A DNA stretch of 64,000 bases from Escherichia coli O157:H7 (GCF_013167455.1 NZ_CP038328.1), one strand, 5' to 3'; positions 1 to 15,174 are shown, counted from the stretch's first letter. Notes: generated by a model not told the origin, from the sequence alone. Program-made: numbers and translations.

Positions 1-373
1 TGTGGTACGTACCGTGCAGCCGGTGCTGGAAGAGTTAGGCCCGGAATATGAAGAAGCGGCAGAAACGCTTGGCGCAACGCGCTGGCAGAGTTTCTGCAAA
101 GTGGTGCTGCCGGAACTTTCTCCGGCGCTGGTGGCGGGCGTGGCGTTGTCGTTTACCCGTAGTCTTGGTGAGTTTGGCGCGGTGATATTTATCGCCGGGA
201 ACATCGCTTGGAAGACGGAAGTGACGTCGCTGATGATTTTCGTTCGCTTACAGGAGTTTGATTACCCGGCGGCGAGCGCGATTGCTTCGGTGATCCTCGC
301 GGCATCTCTGCTGCTGCTGTTCTCAATTAACACTCTGCAAAGTCGCTTTGGTCGGCGTGTGGTAGGTCATTAA
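1..373 (+). CDS. cysU: Sulfate/thiosulfate ABC transporter permease CysU (CysT), C-terminal part; gene begins upstream of the window
   Basis: ORF 2..373 translates to an ABC permease C-terminus (EAA-loop-like region) immediately upstream of cysW-cysA, matching cysPUWAM operon order. Confidence 0.85.
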   Translation, partial: VVRTVQPVLEELGPEYEEAAETLGATRWQSFCKVVLPELSPALVAGVALSFTRSLGEFGAVIFIAGNIAWKTEVTSLMIFVRLQEFDYPAASAIASVILAASLLLLFSINTLQSRFGRRVVGH

Positions 374-1248
374 TGGCGGAAGTGACACAATTGAAGCGTT
401 ATGACGCGCGCCCGATTAACTGGGGCAAATGGTTTCTGATTGGCATCGGGATGCTGGTATCGGCGTTCATCCTGCTGGTGCCGATGATTTATATCTTCGT
501 ACAGGCGTTCAGCAAAGGGCTGATGCCGGTTTTACAGAATCTGGCCGATCCGGATATGCTGCACGCCATCTGGCTGACGGTGATGATCGCGCTGATTGCC
601 GTACCGGTAAACCTGGTGTTCGGTATTCTGCTGGCCTGGCTGGTGACGCGCTTTAACTTCCCCGGACGCCAGTTACTGCTGACGCTACTGGACATTCCTT
701 TTGCCGTGTCACCGGTGGTTGCCGGTCTGGTGTATCTGCTGTTCTACGGCTCCAACGGCCCGCTCGGCGGCTGGCTGGATGAACATAATCTGCAAATTAT
801 GTTCTCCTGGCCCGGAATGGTGCTGGTCACGATCTTCGTGACGTGTCCGTTTGTGGTGCGCGAACTGGTGCCGGTGATGTTAAGCCAGGGCAGTCAGGAA
901 GACGAAGCGGCGATTTTGCTTGGCGCATCCGGCTGGCAGATGTTCCGCCGTGTCACATTGCCGAACATCCGCTGGGCGCTGCTTTATGGCGTAGTGCTGA
1001 CCAACGCCCGCGCGATTGGCGAGTTTGGCGCGGTGTCGGTGGTTTCCGGCTCGATTCGTGGCGAAACACTTTCGCTGCCGTTACAGATTGAATTGCTGGA
1101 GCAGGACTACAACACAGTCGGCTCCTTTACCGCCGCCGCGCTGTTGACGCTGATGGCGATTATCACCCTGTTTTTAAAGAGTATGTTGCAGTGGCGCCTG
1201 GAGAATCAGGAAAAACGCGCGCAGCAGGAGGAAAATCATGAGCATTGA
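373..1248 (+). CDS. cysW: Sulfate/thiosulfate ABC transporter permease CysW
   Basis: 291-aa polytopic membrane ORF between cysU and cysA; start overlaps cysU stop (ATGA-type coupling). Confidence 0.9.
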   Translation: MAEVTQLKRYDARPINWGKWFLIGIGMLVSAFILLVPMIYIFVQAFSKGLMPVLQNLADPDMLHAIWLTVMIALIAVPVNLVFGILLAWLVTRFNFPGRQLLLTLLDIPFAVSPVVAGLVYLLFYGSNGPLGGWLDEHNLQIMFSWPGMVLVTIFVTCPFVVRELVPVMLSQGSQEDEAAILLGASGWQMFRRVTLPNIRWALLYGVVLTNARAIGEFGAVSVVSGSIRGETLSLPLQIELLEQDYNTVGSFTAAALLTLMAIITLFLKSMLQWRLENQEKRAQQEENHEH

Positions 1249-2335
1249 GATTGCCAATATTAAGAAGTCGTTTGGTCGCACCCAGGTGCTGAACGATATC
1301 TCACTGGATATTCCTTCAGGTCAGATGGTCGCGTTGCTGGGGCCGTCCGGTTCCGGGAAAACCACGCTGCTGCGCATTATCGCTGGGCTGGAGCATCAAA
1401 CCAGCGGGCATATTCGCTTCCACGGCACCGACGTGAGCCGCCTGCACGCACGTGATCGTAAAGTCGGTTTCGTGTTCCAGCATTACGCGCTGTTCCGCCA
1501 TATGACGGTGTTCGACAATATCGCTTTTGGCCTGACGGTGCTGCCGCGTCGCGAGCGCCCGAATGCCGCAGCCATCAAAGCGAAAGTGACAAAATTGCTG
1601 GAAATGGTCCAGCTTGCCCATCTGGCGGATCGTTATCCGGCGCAGCTTTCCGGCGGCCAGAAACAGCGTGTAGCGCTGGCGCGTGCGCTTGCTGTAGAAC
1701 CGCAAATTCTGCTGCTTGATGAACCGTTTGGCGCGCTGGATGCGCAGGTGCGTAAAGAGCTGCGTCGATGGCTGCGTCAACTCCATGAAGAACTAAAATT
1801 CACCAGCGTTTTTGTGACCCACGATCAGGAAGAAGCGACCGAAGTAGCTGATCGTGTAGTTGTGATGAGCCAGGGCAATATTGAACAGGCTGACGCGCCG
1901 GATCAGGTATGGCGCGAACCGGCGACCCGTTTTGTGCTCGAATTTATGGGCGAAGTGAACCGCCTGCAGGGAACCATTCGCGGCGGGCAGTTCCATGTTG
2001 GCGCACATCGCTGGCCGCTGGGCTACACACCTGCGTATCAGGGGCCGGTGGATCTCTTCCTGCGCCCGTGGGAAGTGGATATCAGCCGCCGTACCAGCCT
2101 CGATTCGCCGCTGCCGGTACAGGTACTGGAAGCCAGCCCGAAAGGTCACTACACCCAATTAGTGGTGCAGCCGCTGGGGTGGTACAACGAACCGCTGACG
2201 GTCGTGATGCATGGCGACGATGCCCCGCAGCGTGGCGAGCGTTTATTCGTTGGTCTGCAACATGCGCGGCTGTATAACGGCGACGAGCGTATCGAACCCC
2301 GAGATGAGGAACTTGCTCTCGCACAAAGCGCCTGA
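1238..2335 (+). CDS. cysA: Sulfate/thiosulfate ABC transporter ATP-binding protein CysA
   Basis: 365 aa; Walker [13 protein letters not shown] signature [15 protein letters not shown], Walker B LLLDEP. Confidence 0.93.
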   Translation: MSIEIANIKKSFGRTQVLNDISLDIPSGQMVALLGPSGSGKTTLLRIIAGLEHQTSGHIRFHGTDVSRLHARDRKVGFVFQHYALFRHMTVFDNIAFGLTVLPRRERPNAAAIKAKVTKLLEMVQLAHLADRYPAQLSGGQKQRVALARALAVEPQILLLDEPFGALDAQVRKELRRWLRQLHEELKFTSVFVTHDQEEATEVADRVVVMSQGNIEQADAPDQVWREPATRFVLEFMGEVNRLQGTIRGGQFHVGAHRWPLGYTPAYQGPVDLFLRPWEVDISRRTSLDSPLPVQVLEASPKGHYTQLVVQPLGWYNEPLTVVMHGDDAPQRGERLFVGLQHARLYNGDERIEPRDEELALAQSA

Positions 2336-2409
2336 TAGGTTGAGTGAATGTTAAACGCCCGGAGGCGCTTCCCGCGATCCGGGCTTTTTAATGGCAAGGT
2401 TTGTAACCT

Positions 2410-2448
2410 GTAGGCCTGATAAGACGCGCAAGCGTCGCATCAGGCAAC
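2410..2448. repeat. REP (repetitive extragenic palindromic) element
   Basis: gcctgataagacgcgcaagcgtcgcatcaggc palindromic unit between cysA and cysM. Confidence 0.8.
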
Positions 2449-2468
2449 ACCACGTATGGATAGAGATC

Positions 2469-3380
2469 GTGAGTACATTAGAACAAACAATAGGCAATAC
2501 GCCTCTGGTGAAGTTGCAGCGAATGGGGCCGAATAACGGCAGTGAAGTGTGGTTAAAACTGGAAGGCAATAACCCGGCAGGTTCGGTAAAAGATCGTGCG
2601 GCGCTTTCGATGATCGTCGAGGCGGAAAAGCGCGGGGAAATTAAACCGGGTGATGTGTTAATCGAAGCCACCAGTGGTAACACCGGCATTGCGCTGGCAA
2701 TGATTGCCGCGCTTAAAGGCTATCGCATGAAATTGCTGATGCCCGACAACATGAGCCAGGAACGCCGTGCGGCGATGCGTGCTTATGGTGCGGAACTGAT
2801 TCTGGTCACCAAAGAGCAGGGCATGGAAGGTGCGCGCGATCTGGCGCTGGAGATGGCGGATCGTGGTGAAGGAAAGCTGCTCGATCAGTTCAATAATCCC
2901 GATAACCCTTACGCCCATTACACCACTACCGGGCCGGAAATCTGGCAGCAGACTGGCGGGCGCATTACCTATTTTGTCTCCAGCATGGGAACAACCGGCA
3001 CTATCACCGGCGTTTCACGCTTTATGCGCGAACAATCCAAACCGGTGACCATTGTTGGCCTGCAGCCGGAAGAGGGCAGTAGCATTCCCGGCATTCGCCG
3101 CTGGCCTGCGGAATATCTGCCGGGGATTTTCAACGCTTCTCTGGTAGATGAGGTGCTGGATATTCATCAGCGCGATGCGGAAAACACCATGCGCGAACTG
3201 GCGGTGCGGGAAGGAATATTCTGTGGCGTCAGCTCCGGCGGCGCGGTTGCCGGAGCACTGCGGGTGGCAAAAGCTAACCCTGGTGCGGTGGTGGTAGCGA
3301 TCATCTGCGATCGTGGCGATCGCTACCTTTCCACCGGGGTGTTTGGGGAAGAGCATTTTAGTCAGGGGGCGGGGATTTAA
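2469..3380 (+). CDS. cysM: Cysteine synthase B (O-acetylserine sulfhydrylase B), PLP-dependent
   Basis: ORF 2391..3380; likely GTG start at 2469 giving MSTLEQTIGNTPLV...; PLP-lysine motif SVKDR; the 5' part of the long ORF is REP sequence. Confidence 0.9.
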   Translation: MSTLEQTIGNTPLVKLQRMGPNNGSEVWLKLEGNNPAGSVKDRAALSMIVEAEKRGEIKPGDVLIEATSGNTGIALAMIAALKGYRMKLLMPDNMSQERRAAMRAYGAELILVTKEQGMEGARDLALEMADRGEGKLLDQFNNPDNPYAHYTTTGPEIWQQTGGRITYFVSSMGTTGTITGVSRFMREQSKPVTIVGLQPEEGSSIPGIRRWPAEYLPGIFNASLVDEVLDIHQRDAENTMRELAVREGIFCGVSSGGAVAGALRVAKANPGAVVVAIICDRGDRYLSTGVFGEEHFSQGAGI

Positions 3381-3417
3381 GATTATTGCGCAGGCACCGT
3401 TTTATCCGTCTGCGCAA

Positions 3418-3841
<424 letters not shown>

Positions 3842-3854
3842 GAGAAAAAATTAA

Positions 3855-4706
3855 ATGAGTAGTTTGTTGTTGTTTAACGATAAGAGCAGGGCGCTGCAGG
3901 CGGATATCGTCGCCGTGCAGTCGCAGGTGGTTTACGGCAGCGTGGGCAACAGCATTGCCGTGCCTGCTATCAAACAGAACGGCCTGAATGTCTTTGCCGT
4001 GCCGACGGTATTGCTGAGCAATACGCCGCATTATGACACTTTCTACGGTGGTGCGATTCCGGATGAATGGTTTAGCGGCTATTTGCGTGCACTTCAGGAG
4101 CGTGATGCGCTGCGCCAACTTCGTGCTGTAACCACGGGCTATATGGGAACGGCATCGCAAATCAAAATCCTTGCCGAGTGGCTGACTGCGCTACGCAAAG
4201 ACCATCCTGACCTATTGATCATGGTCGATCCGGTGATTGGCGATATTGACAGCGGAATTTATGTCAAACCTGACCTTCCCGAAGCGTATCGACAATATTT
4301 ACTGCCGCTGGCGCAGGGAATTACCCCCAATATCTTTGAGTTGGAAATCCTGACCGGTAAAAATTGCCGCGATCTCGACAGTGCCATTGCTGCCGCAAAA
4401 AGTCTGCTTTCAGACACACTAAAATGGGTGGTGATTACCAGCGCCTCCGGTAATGAAGAAAATCAGGAGATGCTGGTTGTGGTGGTCACTGCCGACAGCG
4501 TGAATGTCATTTCCCATTCAAGGGTAAAAACCGACCTGAAAGGGACTGGCGACCTGTTTTGTGCTCAGCTTATCAGTGGTTTGCTGAAAGGGAAGGCATT
4601 AAACGATGCGGTGCACCGCGCGGGGTTGCGCGTACTGGAAGTGATGCGCTACACCCAGCAGCATGAGAGCGATGAATTGATTTTGCCGCCGCTGGCGGAA
4701 GCATAA
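3855..4706 (+). CDS. pdxK: Pyridoxal/pyridoxine/pyridoxamine kinase
   Basis: 283 aa, ribokinase-like PfkB fold, N-terminus [33 protein letters not shown]; adjacent to crr. Confidence 0.9.
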   Translation: MSSLLLFNDKSRALQADIVAVQSQVVYGSVGNSIAVPAIKQNGLNVFAVPTVLLSNTPHYDTFYGGAIPDEWFSGYLRALQERDALRQLRAVTTGYMGTASQIKILAEWLTALRKDHPDLLIMVDPVIGDIDSGIYVKPDLPEAYRQYLLPLAQGITPNIFELEILTGKNCRDLDSAIAAAKSLLSDTLKWVVITSASGNEENQEMLVVVVTADSVNVISHSRVKTDLKGTGDLFCAQLISGLLKGKALNDAVHRAGLRVLEVMRYTQQHESDELILPPLAEA

Positions 4707-4707
4707 A

Positions 4708-4737
4708 AAAATGGCGCCGATGGGCGCCATTTTTCAC
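4708..4737. terminator. Bidirectional rho-independent terminator between convergent pdxK and crr
   Basis: aaaaaaatggcgccgatgggcgccatttttc: GC stem flanked by A-run and T-run. Confidence 0.75.
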
Positions 4738-4748
4738 TGCAGCAAGAA

Positions 4749-5258
4749 TTACTTCTTGATGCGGATAACCGGGGTTTCACCCACAGTCACGCTACCGGAC
4801 AGTTTGATCAGTTCTTTGATTTCGTCCATGTTGGAGATAACAACCGGAGTCAGGGTAGACTTGGCTTTCTCTTCCAGCAGCGGCAGATCAAATTCAATGA
4901 CAGTATCGCCAACTTTCACGCGCTGACCTTCTTCAGCAATACGCTTGAAGCCTTCGCCTTTCAGTTCAACGGTGTCGATACCGAAGTGGACGAACAGTTC
5001 AACGCCGCTATCAGATTCGATAGAGAATGCGTGGTTGGTTTCAAAGATTTTACCAATGGTGCCGTCTACAGGCGCGACCATTTTGTTACCCGTTGGTTTG
5101 ATAGCAATACCATCACCAACGATTTTTTCCGCAAAAACGACATCCGGCACGTCTTCGATATTGACGATCTCGCCAGAGAGCGGAGCAATGATCTCAATAG
5201 TTCCGGTATCCTTCTTGTCGTCGGAAACCAGAGATTTCAGTTTATCGAACAAACCCAT
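4749..5258 (-). CDS. crr: PTS glucose-specific EIIA component (EIIA-Glc)
   Basis: 169 aa, [16 protein letters not shown]...; classic ptsH-ptsI-crr operon order. Confidence 0.95.
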
Positions 5259-5298
5259 GATCTTCTCCTAAGCAGTAAATTGGGCCGCATCTCGTGGA

Positions 5299-7026
5299 TT
5301 AGCAGATTGTTTTTTCTTCAATGAACTTGTTAACCAGCGTCATTAACTCGTCCGTTGTCGGTTGAGCAAGAGCCTGCTCTGCTAACACCTTCGCATCTTC
5401 GAAGTTCGTGTTACGGATAATCTTCTTAATGCGCGGGATAGAAATGGCGCTCATAGAGAATTCGTCCAGACCCATCCCCAGCAACAGAAGTGTAGCACGT
5501 TCATCGCCAGCAAGCTCACCACACATGCCAGTCCATTTGCCTTCAGCATGAGAAGCATCAATAACTTGCTTGATCAAGTTCAGCACGGACGGTGACATTG
5601 GCTGGTAAAGGTGTGAAATCATATCATTACCACGGTCAACTGCCAGAGTGTACTGCGTTAAATCATTGGTGCCGATACTAAAGAAATCAACTTCTTTGGC
5701 TAAATGACGTGCAATTGTTGCGGCAGCCGGTGTTTCCACCATTACGCCGATTTCAATTGACTCGTCAAACGCTTTACCTTCGTCGCGCAGTTCCTGTTTG
5801 TAGATTTCGATCTCTTTGCGCAGTGCACGCACTTCTTCAACAGAGATGATCATCGGGAACATAATGCGCAATTTACCGAAAGCCGAGGCACGCAGGATAG
5901 CGCGGAGCTGATCGCGCAGGATCTCTTTACGATCCATTGCGATACGGATAGCGCGCCAGCCGAGGAACGGGTTCTCTTCTTTCGGGAAGTTCATGTATGG
6001 CAGCTCTTTGTCGCCGCCGATGTCCATGGTACGAACGATAACCGCCTGCGAGCCACACGCTTCAGCCACTGCTTTGTAAGCAGCAAACTGTTCTTCTTCA
6101 GTGGGCAGCGCGTCGCGGTCCATGAACAGGAACTCAGTACGATACAGACCAACGCCTTCAGCGCCGTTACGCTCTGCACCTTCAACGTCACGAACCGTAC
6201 CAATATTAGCGCATACTTCTACTTGGTGACCGTCCAGCGTAATAGCTGGCAGATCTTTCAGTTTAGCAAGCTCTGCTTTTTCAGAAGCCACTTGCTCCTG
6301 AACAGCGCGCATTTTATCAATAACTTCGTTGGTTGGATTGACGTAAACCTGATTATTTACGGCATCCAGAATCAGATAGTCGTCATTTTTCACCTGAGAG
6401 GTGACGCTACCGGTACCCACGATAGCAGGCAGTTCCAGAGAACGCGCCATGATAGAGGTGTGGGAAGTACGGCCACCCGCGTCGGTGATGAAACCCAGCA
6501 CCTTCTTCAGGTTCAGCTGTGCGGTTTCGGACGGTGTCAGGTCAGCGGCAACCAGAATGACTTCATCCTGAATGGCGCTCAGGTCGATAATCTTCAGGCC
6601 CAGGATGTTGCGCAGCAGGCGCTTACCGATATCACGTACGTCAGCCGCACGTTCTTTCAGGTATTCATCATCCAGCTCTTCCAGGGCAGAAGCCTGACCT
6701 TCGATAACTTCATGAGCAGCTGCGTCAGCTGTCATGTGTTTATCTTTAATCAGGGCTATGATTTCCTGCTCCAGCTCCTCATCTTCGAGCAGCATAATAT
6801 GCCCTTCAAAGATGGCTTCTTTTTCTTCACCGAACGTTTCACCAGCTTTCGTTTTGATCGTTTCCAGCTGGGCTGATGCCTTGGCACGACCGCTCAGAAA
6901 ACGTTCAACTTCCTGATCAACCTGGTCGGCAGAAATTTTTTTCCGGTCAATGACAATTTCGTCTTCTTTCAGAAGCAGAGCTTTACCGAAAGCGATACCC
7001 GGGGATGCTAAAATGCCTGAAATCAT
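5299..7026 (-). CDS. ptsI: PTS enzyme I (phosphoenolpyruvate-protein phosphotransferase)
   Basis: 575 aa, [19 protein letters not shown]...; PEP-utilizing enzyme domains. Confidence 0.95.
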   Translation of the reverse strand: MISGILASPGIAFGKALLLKEDEIVIDRKKISADQVDQEVERFLSGRAKASAQLETIKTKAGETFGEEKEAIFEGHIMLLEDEELEQEIIALIKDKHMTADAAAHEVIEGQASALEELDDEYLKERAADVRDIGKRLLRNILGLKIIDLSAIQDEVILVAADLTPSETAQLNLKKVLGFITDAGGRTSHTSIMARSLELPAIVGTGSVTSQVKNDDYLILDAVNNQVYVNPTNEVIDKMRAVQEQVASEKAELAKLKDLPAITLDGHQVEVCANIGTVRDVEGAERNGAEGVGLYRTEFLFMDRDALPTEEEQFAAYKAVAEACGSQAVIVRTMDIGGDKELPYMNFPKEENPFLGWRAIRIAMDRKEILRDQLRAILRASAFGKLRIMFPMIISVEEVRALRKEIEIYKQELRDEGKAFDESIEIGVMVETPAAATIARHLAKEVDFFSIGTNDLTQYTLAVDRGNDMISHLYQPMSPSVLNLIKQVIDASHAEGKWTGMCGELAGDERATLLLLGMGLDEFSMSAISIPRIKKIIRNTNFEDAKVLAEQALAQPTTDELMTLVNKFIEEKTIC

Positions 7027-7070
7027 AACCCTACCTTACTTGTGACTGATTTTTAAAAGAACCCGGGAAA

Positions 7071-7328
7071 TTACTCGAGTTCCGCCATCAGTTTAACCAG
7101 ATGTTCAACCGCTTTCTGCTCGTCTTCGCCTTCTGCGGAGATAGTCACAACTGTACCTTGAGTCAGGCCCAGAGTCTGCAGTTTAAACAGGCTTTTCGCG
7201 CTGGCGCTTTTGCCGTTGGAAGTCACAGTAATTTCAGAAGTGAAGCCCTTAGCTTCTTTTACAAACTGGGCAGCAGGGCGGGTGTGCAGACCGTTCGGAG
7301 CGGTAATGGTAACTTCTTGCTGGAACAT
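7071..7328 (-). CDS. ptsH: PTS phosphocarrier protein HPr
   Basis: 85 aa, [23 protein letters not shown]... (active His15 context). Confidence 0.95.
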
Positions 7329-7662
7329 TGTATTTCCCCAACTTATAGGTTTAGTGTTGTGGAACTAAAGTCTAGCCTGGCGGTTCGACTTTAGCCTGTA
7401 TTGTTAGCGCCAGTTTTTAACAGACGCGACGCACGAAGAGCGCAATACAGTCCATTGCTGGCGGGTGTTGACCGCTGACGTTTCGTACGTCATTAAACAT
7501 TATGCCGCTAAAGGAAGAATTGAACCAAATCATAAAATCGATTCAGCTTTGGCTTTTCCTGTAACGATTAATTTCGCGCATCAAAATAATTAGTCTGGTT
7601 AAATACCAGTTCCGACAGGCTGAATCAATGCCAGGAGGGGCGAAAGTTTGAAGCAGGCCACA

Positions 7663-7696
7663 AAAAAGCACCTGAAAAGGTGCTTTTTTACGCATT
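7663..7696. terminator. Rho-independent terminator downstream of cysK
   Basis: aaaaaagcacctgaaaaggtgctttttt hairpin with flanking T/A runs. Confidence 0.7.
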
Positions 7697-7711
7697 TTTA
7701 ACAAGCTGGCA

Positions 7712-8683
7712 TTACTGTTGCAATTCTTTCTCAGTGAAGAGATCGGCAAACAATGCGGTGCTTAAATAACGCTCACCCGATGACGGTAGAATAACCACAA
7801 TATTCTTGTTGGTAAAGCTTTCATCTTCTTGTAGTTTCAACGCCGCAGCAACAGCTGCTCCAGAAGAGATACCTGCAAGAATACCTTCTTCTTCCATCAG
7901 ACGACGCGCGGTAGAAATCGCTTCTTCATTGGTGATGCCAATGACTTTATCGACCAGCTTGAGATCGAGGTTAGCCGGGATAAAACCAGCGCCAATACCC
8001 TGAATTTTATGCGGGCCAGGTTTAATCTCTTCACCTGCCAGCGCCTGGGCGATAACTGGAGAATCGGTTGGCTCAACGGCGACAGAGATAAGATCGGTCT
8101 TACCTTTGGTGCCTTTAATGTAGCGGCTGACGCCAGTCAGCGTACCGCCAGTCCCAACGCCAGCAATAAATACATCAACCTGACCGTCGGTATCTTCCCA
8201 GATCTCCGGACCGGTGGTCTTTTCGTGAATTTCAGGGTTTGCCGGATTGCTGAATTGTTGCAGCAGCAGGTATTTCTCTGGATTGCTGGCGACAATTTCT
8301 TCTGCTTTTTGGATTGCGCCTTTCATGCCTTTAGCACCTTCGGTCAGCACCAGGTTTGCACCTAACGCTTTCAGCAGCTTGCGGCGTTCAATACTCATGG
8401 TTTCTGGCATGGTCAGGGTGAGTTTGTAACCGCGAGCGGCAGCTACATAGGCCAGTGCAATCCCGGTATTACCGCTGGTTGGTTCAACCAGTTCAACGCC
8501 TGGTTTCAGCACGCCGCGCTTTTCGGCATCCCAAATCATGTTGGCACCGATACGGCACTTAACGCTGAAGCTGGGGTTACGAGATTCCACCTTCGCCAGA
8601 ATGCGTCCGTTACCGATGCGATTCAGGCGAACCAGCGGCGTGTGACCGATAGTCAGCGAGTTATCTTCAAAAATCTTACTCAT
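7712..8683 (-). CDS. cysK: Cysteine synthase A (O-acetylserine sulfhydrylase A)
   Basis: 323 aa, [44 protein letters not shown] (PLP lysine). Confidence 0.95.
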   Translation of the reverse strand: MSKIFEDNSLTIGHTPLVRLNRIGNGRILAKVESRNPSFSVKCRIGANMIWDAEKRGVLKPGVELVEPTSGNTGIALAYVAAARGYKLTLTMPETMSIERRKLLKALGANLVLTEGAKGMKGAIQKAEEIVASNPEKYLLLQQFSNPANPEIHEKTTGPEIWEDTDGQVDVFIAGVGTGGTLTGVSRYIKGTKGKTDLISVAVEPTDSPVIAQALAGEEIKPGPHKIQGIGAGFIPANLDLKLVDKVIGITNEEAISTARRLMEEEGILAGISSGAAVAAALKLQEDESFTNKNIVVILPSSGERYLSTALFADLFTEKELQQ

Positions 8684-8867
8684 GGCCTGTCCTTAACTGT
8701 ATGAAATTGGGATACAACAGGTAGCATACCCGCTCAGAGAATATGCGGAAGTAAGGATTTAGCATATCTATATGCAGAAGGGAAATAATGACATGCAAGA
8801 TGGAATAAGGGGCGGCATAAGCCCCCCCTGTTTCACACAAACGGTTTACAAAATAACCGGTAGATTG

Positions 8868-9629
8868 TTACCGCCACATCGCGTGTTTATCGCGATAGCA
8901 ATCGACCCACATCGCCGTCGCGCCACAAACGGCAACGGGCATAATGAACAGATTAAGCAGCGGGATCATCGTAAACAGACTGGTTAAAGCACCAAACTGC
9001 ATATTGGTGATTTTGCGTGTGCGCAGGGCGGTGCGCATCTCTTTAAACGGCACTTTGTGGTTATCGAAGGGGTAATCGCAATACTGGATGGCTAACATCC
9101 AGGCGCTAAACAGGAACCACAGTACCGGCGCGACGGTTTGCCCAATACCAGGGATGAAGTAAAGAATTAGCAATACAATTGCGCGTGGCAGATACCAGGC
9201 AAATTTTTGCCATTCGCGTTTCATGATTCGCGGCACATCTTTCATGATACCGAAAATCCCGGTATCTGGCGGTGTAGCGCCAGTCAATCGTGCTTCCAGT
9301 TGTTCAGCCAATAAACCGTTAAACGGAGCGGCAATCCAGTTAGCAATCGTGGAGAAGAAATAGCCAAACACTAACAGCACAGAGATGACAGCCAGAGGCC
9401 ACAACAGATAGCTCAGCCATTGTAACCAGTCCGGAACATAACTCATGAGAGTCGGGATCCAGACATCGAGTTGCGTAAAGAGCCACCAGAATGCGCCCCC
9501 CATCAACAAAATATTGACCAGCAGCGGTAAAATAACGAAACGCCGAATCCCAGGTTGCGAGACGAGCTTCCAGCCTTGCGCAAAATAGTAAAAACCGCTG
9601 CGTGGGGCAGATGTGAATGATGAAACCAT
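8868..9629 (-). CDS. cysZ: Sulfate transporter CysZ (inner membrane protein)
   Basis: 253-aa membrane ORF upstream of cysK, divergent from zipA. Confidence 0.9.
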
Positions 9630-9858
9630 AATCAGGATGAGCTCCTTTTGACCAATCCCAGGAAAATTGTGCGTATTTTACCGGGTAATTGCGCAATGGA
9701 CAGTTAGGATATGTTCGAAAAAACAGCAAAAAGCACGATTTCATCTATCTTTGTGCTGTGAAAGTTAATAGTGCACTTGCACTTGAGGTAATCGGCAAAT
9801 ACTCTTAGTGAGTAAATGTTTGCCGTGGTGGCAAGGTGTTAGAACAACAGAGAATATA

Positions 9859-10857
9859 ATGATGCAGGATTTGCGTCTGATATTAATCATTGTTGGCGCG
9901 ATCGCCATAATCGCTTTACTGGTACATGGTTTCTGGACCAGCCGTAAAGAACGATCTTCTATGTTCCGCGATCGGCCATTAAAACGAATGAAGTCAAAAC
10001 GTGACGACGATTCTTATGACGAGGATGTCGAAGATGATGAGGGCGTTGGTGAGGTTCGTGTTCACCGCGTGAATCATGCCCCGGCTAACGCCCAGGAGCA
10101 TGAGGCTGCTCGTCCGTCGCCGCAACACCAGTACCAACCGCCTTATGCGTCTGCGCAGCCGCGTCAACCGGTCCAGCAGCCGCCTGAAGCGCAGGTACCG
10201 CCGCAACATGCTCCGCGTCCAGCGCAGCCGGTGCAGCAACCCGTGCAGCAGCCTGCCTATCAGCCGCAGCCTGAACAGCCGTTGCAGCAGCCAGTTTCGC
10301 CACAGGTCGCGCCAGCGCCGCAGCCAGTGCATTCAGCACCGCAACCGGCACAACAGGCTTTCCAGCCTGCAGAACCCGTAGCGGCACCACAGCCTGAGCC
10401 TGTAGCGGAACCGGCTCCAGTTATGGATAAACCGAAGCGCAAAGAAGCGGTGATTATCATGAACGTCGCGGCGCATCACGGTAGCGAGCTAAACGGTGAA
10501 CTGCTTCTTAACAGCATTCAACAAGCGGGCTTCATTTTTGGCGATATGAATATTTACCATCGTCATCTTAGCCCGGATGGCAGCGGCCCGGCGTTATTTA
10601 GCCTGGCGAATATGGTGAAACCGGGAACCTTTGATCCTGAAATGAAGGATTTCACTACTCCGGGTGTCACTATCTTTATGCAGGTACCGTCTTACGGTGA
10701 CGAGCTGCAGAACTTCAAGCTGATGCTGCAATCTGCGCAGCATATTGCCGATGAAGTGGGCGGTGTCGTGCTTGACGATCAGCGCCGTATGATGACTCCG
10801 CAGAAATTGCGCGAGTACCAGGACATCATCCGCGAAGTTAAAGACGCCAACGCCTGA
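9859..10857 (+). CDS. zipA: Cell division protein ZipA (FtsZ membrane anchor)
   Basis: N-terminal TM segment [25 protein letters not shown], long P/Q-rich linker, C-terminal FtsZ-binding domain; start placed at ATG 9859 inside ORF 9808..10857. Confidence 0.92.
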
Positions 10858-10884
10858 TACACTTAAGGCAAATTAACTCCTCTT

Positions 10885-10910
10885 CGAACCCCCGCTTGTC
10901 GGGGGTTTTT
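10885..10910 (+). terminator. Hairpin plus T-run downstream of zipA
   Basis: acccccgcttgtcgggggttttt. Confidence 0.6.
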
Positions 10911-10918
10911 AGCATTGA

Positions 10919-12943
<2,025 letters not shown>

Positions 12944-12945
12944 GA

Positions 12946-13163
12946 TGGAAAAAGAGCAGCTGATTGAAATAGCCAATACGATAATGCCGTTTGGCAAATA
13001 CAAAGGGCGTCGCTTAATCGACCTGCCGGAGGAGTATCTGCTGTGGTTTGCCCGCAAAGATGAGTTCCCGGCAGGGAAGCTCGGTGAGCTAATGCAAATC
13101 ACGCTGCTGATTAAAACCGAGGGGCTGACGCAACTGGTCCAGCCCCTGAAGCGTCCGCTTTAA
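12946..13163 (+). CDS. ypeB: Small conserved protein YpeB (DUF3820-like)
   Basis: 72-aa ORF MEKEQLIEIANTIMPFGKYKGRRLIDLPEEYLLWF... immediately after the ligA stop. Confidence 0.75.
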
Positions 13164-14158
13164 GCTTTATCGGCGCTGCTTTCCTGCTGCGCCTGTAACT
13201 GTTCGGTCTGGCGTTTGTATCGACGCGCCAGCACCGCACAGACCATCAATTGGATCTGATGGAAAATCATCAGGGGCAGCACCATCATACCGATCACCGA
13301 TGTGGGGAACAGAATGTTTGCCATCGGGATGCCATTTGCCAGACTCTTTTTCGAACCACAAAAGACGATAGTAATTTCATCTGCCTTATTGAAGCCCAGT
13401 CGGCGTGCCATAAAGACGTTAACTACAATCACGATAGCCAGAAGAACGCAGCTGACCACCACGATAAACAGCAATGATCCCCAGCCAACTTTATGCCAGA
13501 TACCATTAACGACGGCTTCGCTGAACGCTGTATAAACCACCAACAGAATGGACGTCTGGTCAGTTTTCGCAATCCATTTTTTATTGCGCGACACCCAGTC
13601 ACCAATCCACGGCCGGGAAAGATGCCCCAACACAAACGGCAGCAGCAGTTGCAGCATAATTTTACCGACCTGCTCAAGGCTGCCCCCTGCACCGTGAACA
13701 TTCATCACCAGACCAACCAGCAATGGTGAAAGGAAAATCCCCAGCAGACTGGATGCTGACGCAGAACAAACCGCCGCCGCGACGTTACCGCCCGCCATTG
13801 ACGTGAAGGCGATTGCAGACTGCACGGTAGCCGGGAGAATGCACAAGTAGAGAAAACCGGAGTAGAGCATCGGGTCGACATTTACCGGTTTCCACCAGGC
13901 AAACAGTACACCCAGAATCGGAAACAGCACGAAGGTGCTGCACATTACCCACAAATGCAGTCGCCAGTGACCACCGCCAGCAATAATCGCCTCACGCGAC
14001 AACTTCGCGCCGTGCATAAAGAACAGCAGGGCAATAGCTGCGGTGGTCAGATTTTCAAAGAAGGGGACGAAATCGCCTCTGGCAGGAAAGAAAGAGGCCA
14101 GCAACACCACCGTGATCAGGGTTAAGGTGAAAGGATCGAGGATACGAAAAAGTTTCAT
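13160..14158 (-). CDS. yfeH: Bile acid:sodium symporter family membrane protein
   Basis: 332-aa polytopic membrane ORF, divergent from the LysR-type regulator yfeR. Confidence 0.85.
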   Translation of the reverse strand: MKLFRILDPFTLTLITVVLLASFFPARGDFVPFFENLTTAAIALLFFMHGAKLSREAIIAGGGHWRLHLWVMCSTFVLFPILGVLFAWWKPVNVDPMLYSGFLYLCILPATVQSAIAFTSMAGGNVAAAVCSASASSLLGIFLSPLLVGLVMNVHGAGGSLEQVGKIMLQLLLPFVLGHLSRPWIGDWVSRNKKWIAKTDQTSILLVVYTAFSEAVVNGIWHKVGWGSLLFIVVVSCVLLAIVIVVNVFMARRLGFNKADEITIVFCGSKKSLANGIPMANILFPTSVIGMMVLPLMIFHQIQLMVCAVLARRYKRQTEQLQAQQESSADKA

Positions 14159-14247
14159 AAAGACTCCAGATGATCGATGGTTCTATTGTGCTTCTTCCAG
14201 TTTGAGAAATAAAATTGATTTATTGCATCCATTCATGAAGAAAACAG

Positions 14248-15174
14248 ATGAATTATTCTTTAAAACAATTAAAGGTTTTCGTCACAGTAGCGCAGGAGAA
14301 AAGTTTTAGTCGTGCAGGAGAGCGTATCGGCCTGAGCCAGTCGGCAGTAAGTCACAGTGTGAAGGAGCTGGAAAATCATACTGGTGTTCGCCTGCTGGAC
14401 AGAACCACGCGTGAAGTGGTGCTTACAGATGCAGGGCAGCAGTTGGCTTTGCGTCTTGAGCGACTGCTGGATGAACTTAACAGCACGTTGCGCGATACCG
14501 GGCGTATGGGGCAACAACTGAGCGGAAAAGTTCGGGTCGCTGCCAGCCAGACCATTTCCGCGCATCTTATTCCGCAATGCATTGCTGAAAGCCATCGCCG
14601 CTATCCAGATATTCAGTTTGTCCTGCACGATCGTCCGCAGCAGTGGGTGATGGAAAGTATTCGCCAGGGAGATGTCGACTTTGGCATCGTCATCGATCCA
14701 GGCCCAGTGGGCGATCTGCAATGTGAAGTGATTCTTTCCGAGCCTTTCTTTCTGCTTTGCCATCGGGATAGCGCTTTGGCCGCGGAAGATTATGTACCCT
14801 GGCAGGCATTACAGGGAGCGAAATTGGTGTTGCAGGATTATGCGTCAGGCAGCCGACCGCTGATTGACGCAGCGCTGGCGCGCAATGGTATTCAGGCGAA
14901 TATTGTGCAGGAGATTGGACATCCGGCGACGCTGTTCCCGATGGTAGCCGCAGGCATCGGCATTAGTATTCTTCCCGCACTGGCGCTACCATTGCCTGAA
15001 GGTAGCCCGCTGGTGGTAAAGCGCATTACGCCGGTGGTGGAACGCCAGTTGATGCTGGTGCGTAGGAAAAACCGTTCACTTTCCACCGCCGCTGAAGCGT
15101 TATGGGACGTGGTACGAGACCAGGGCAATACGCTAATGGCTGGGCGGGAAGGGGATCCGTTGTATCAGATATAG
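14248..15174 (+). CDS. yfeR: LysR-family transcriptional regulator
   Basis: 308 aa; N-terminal HTH ([35 protein letters not shown]); divergent from yfeH. Confidence 0.88.
   Translation: MNYSLKQLKVFVTVAQEKSFSRAGERIGLSQSAVSHSVKELENHTGVRLLDRTTREVVLTDAGQQLALRLERLLDELNSTLRDTGRMGQQLSGKVRVAASQTISAHLIPQCIAESHRRYPDIQFVLHDRPQQWVMESIRQGDVDFGIVIDPGPVGDLQCEVILSEPFFLLCHRDSALAAEDYVPWQALQGAKLVLQDYASGSRPLIDAALARNGIQANIVQEIGHPATLFPMVAAGIGISILPALALPLPEGSPLVVKRITPVVERQLMLVRRKNRSLSTAAEALWDVVRDQGNTLMAGREGDPLYQI

Noticed and set aside
6223..6876. 217-aa ORF on the plus strand
   Set aside because: Antisense to ptsI; no start context or domain signature.
9994..10460. Cluster of Arg/Leu-rich and Ala-rich ORFs on both strands
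   Set aside because: They overlap the Pro/Gln-rich linker coding region of zipA; alternative-frame products of a repetitive CAG/CCG-rich sequence, not independent genes.
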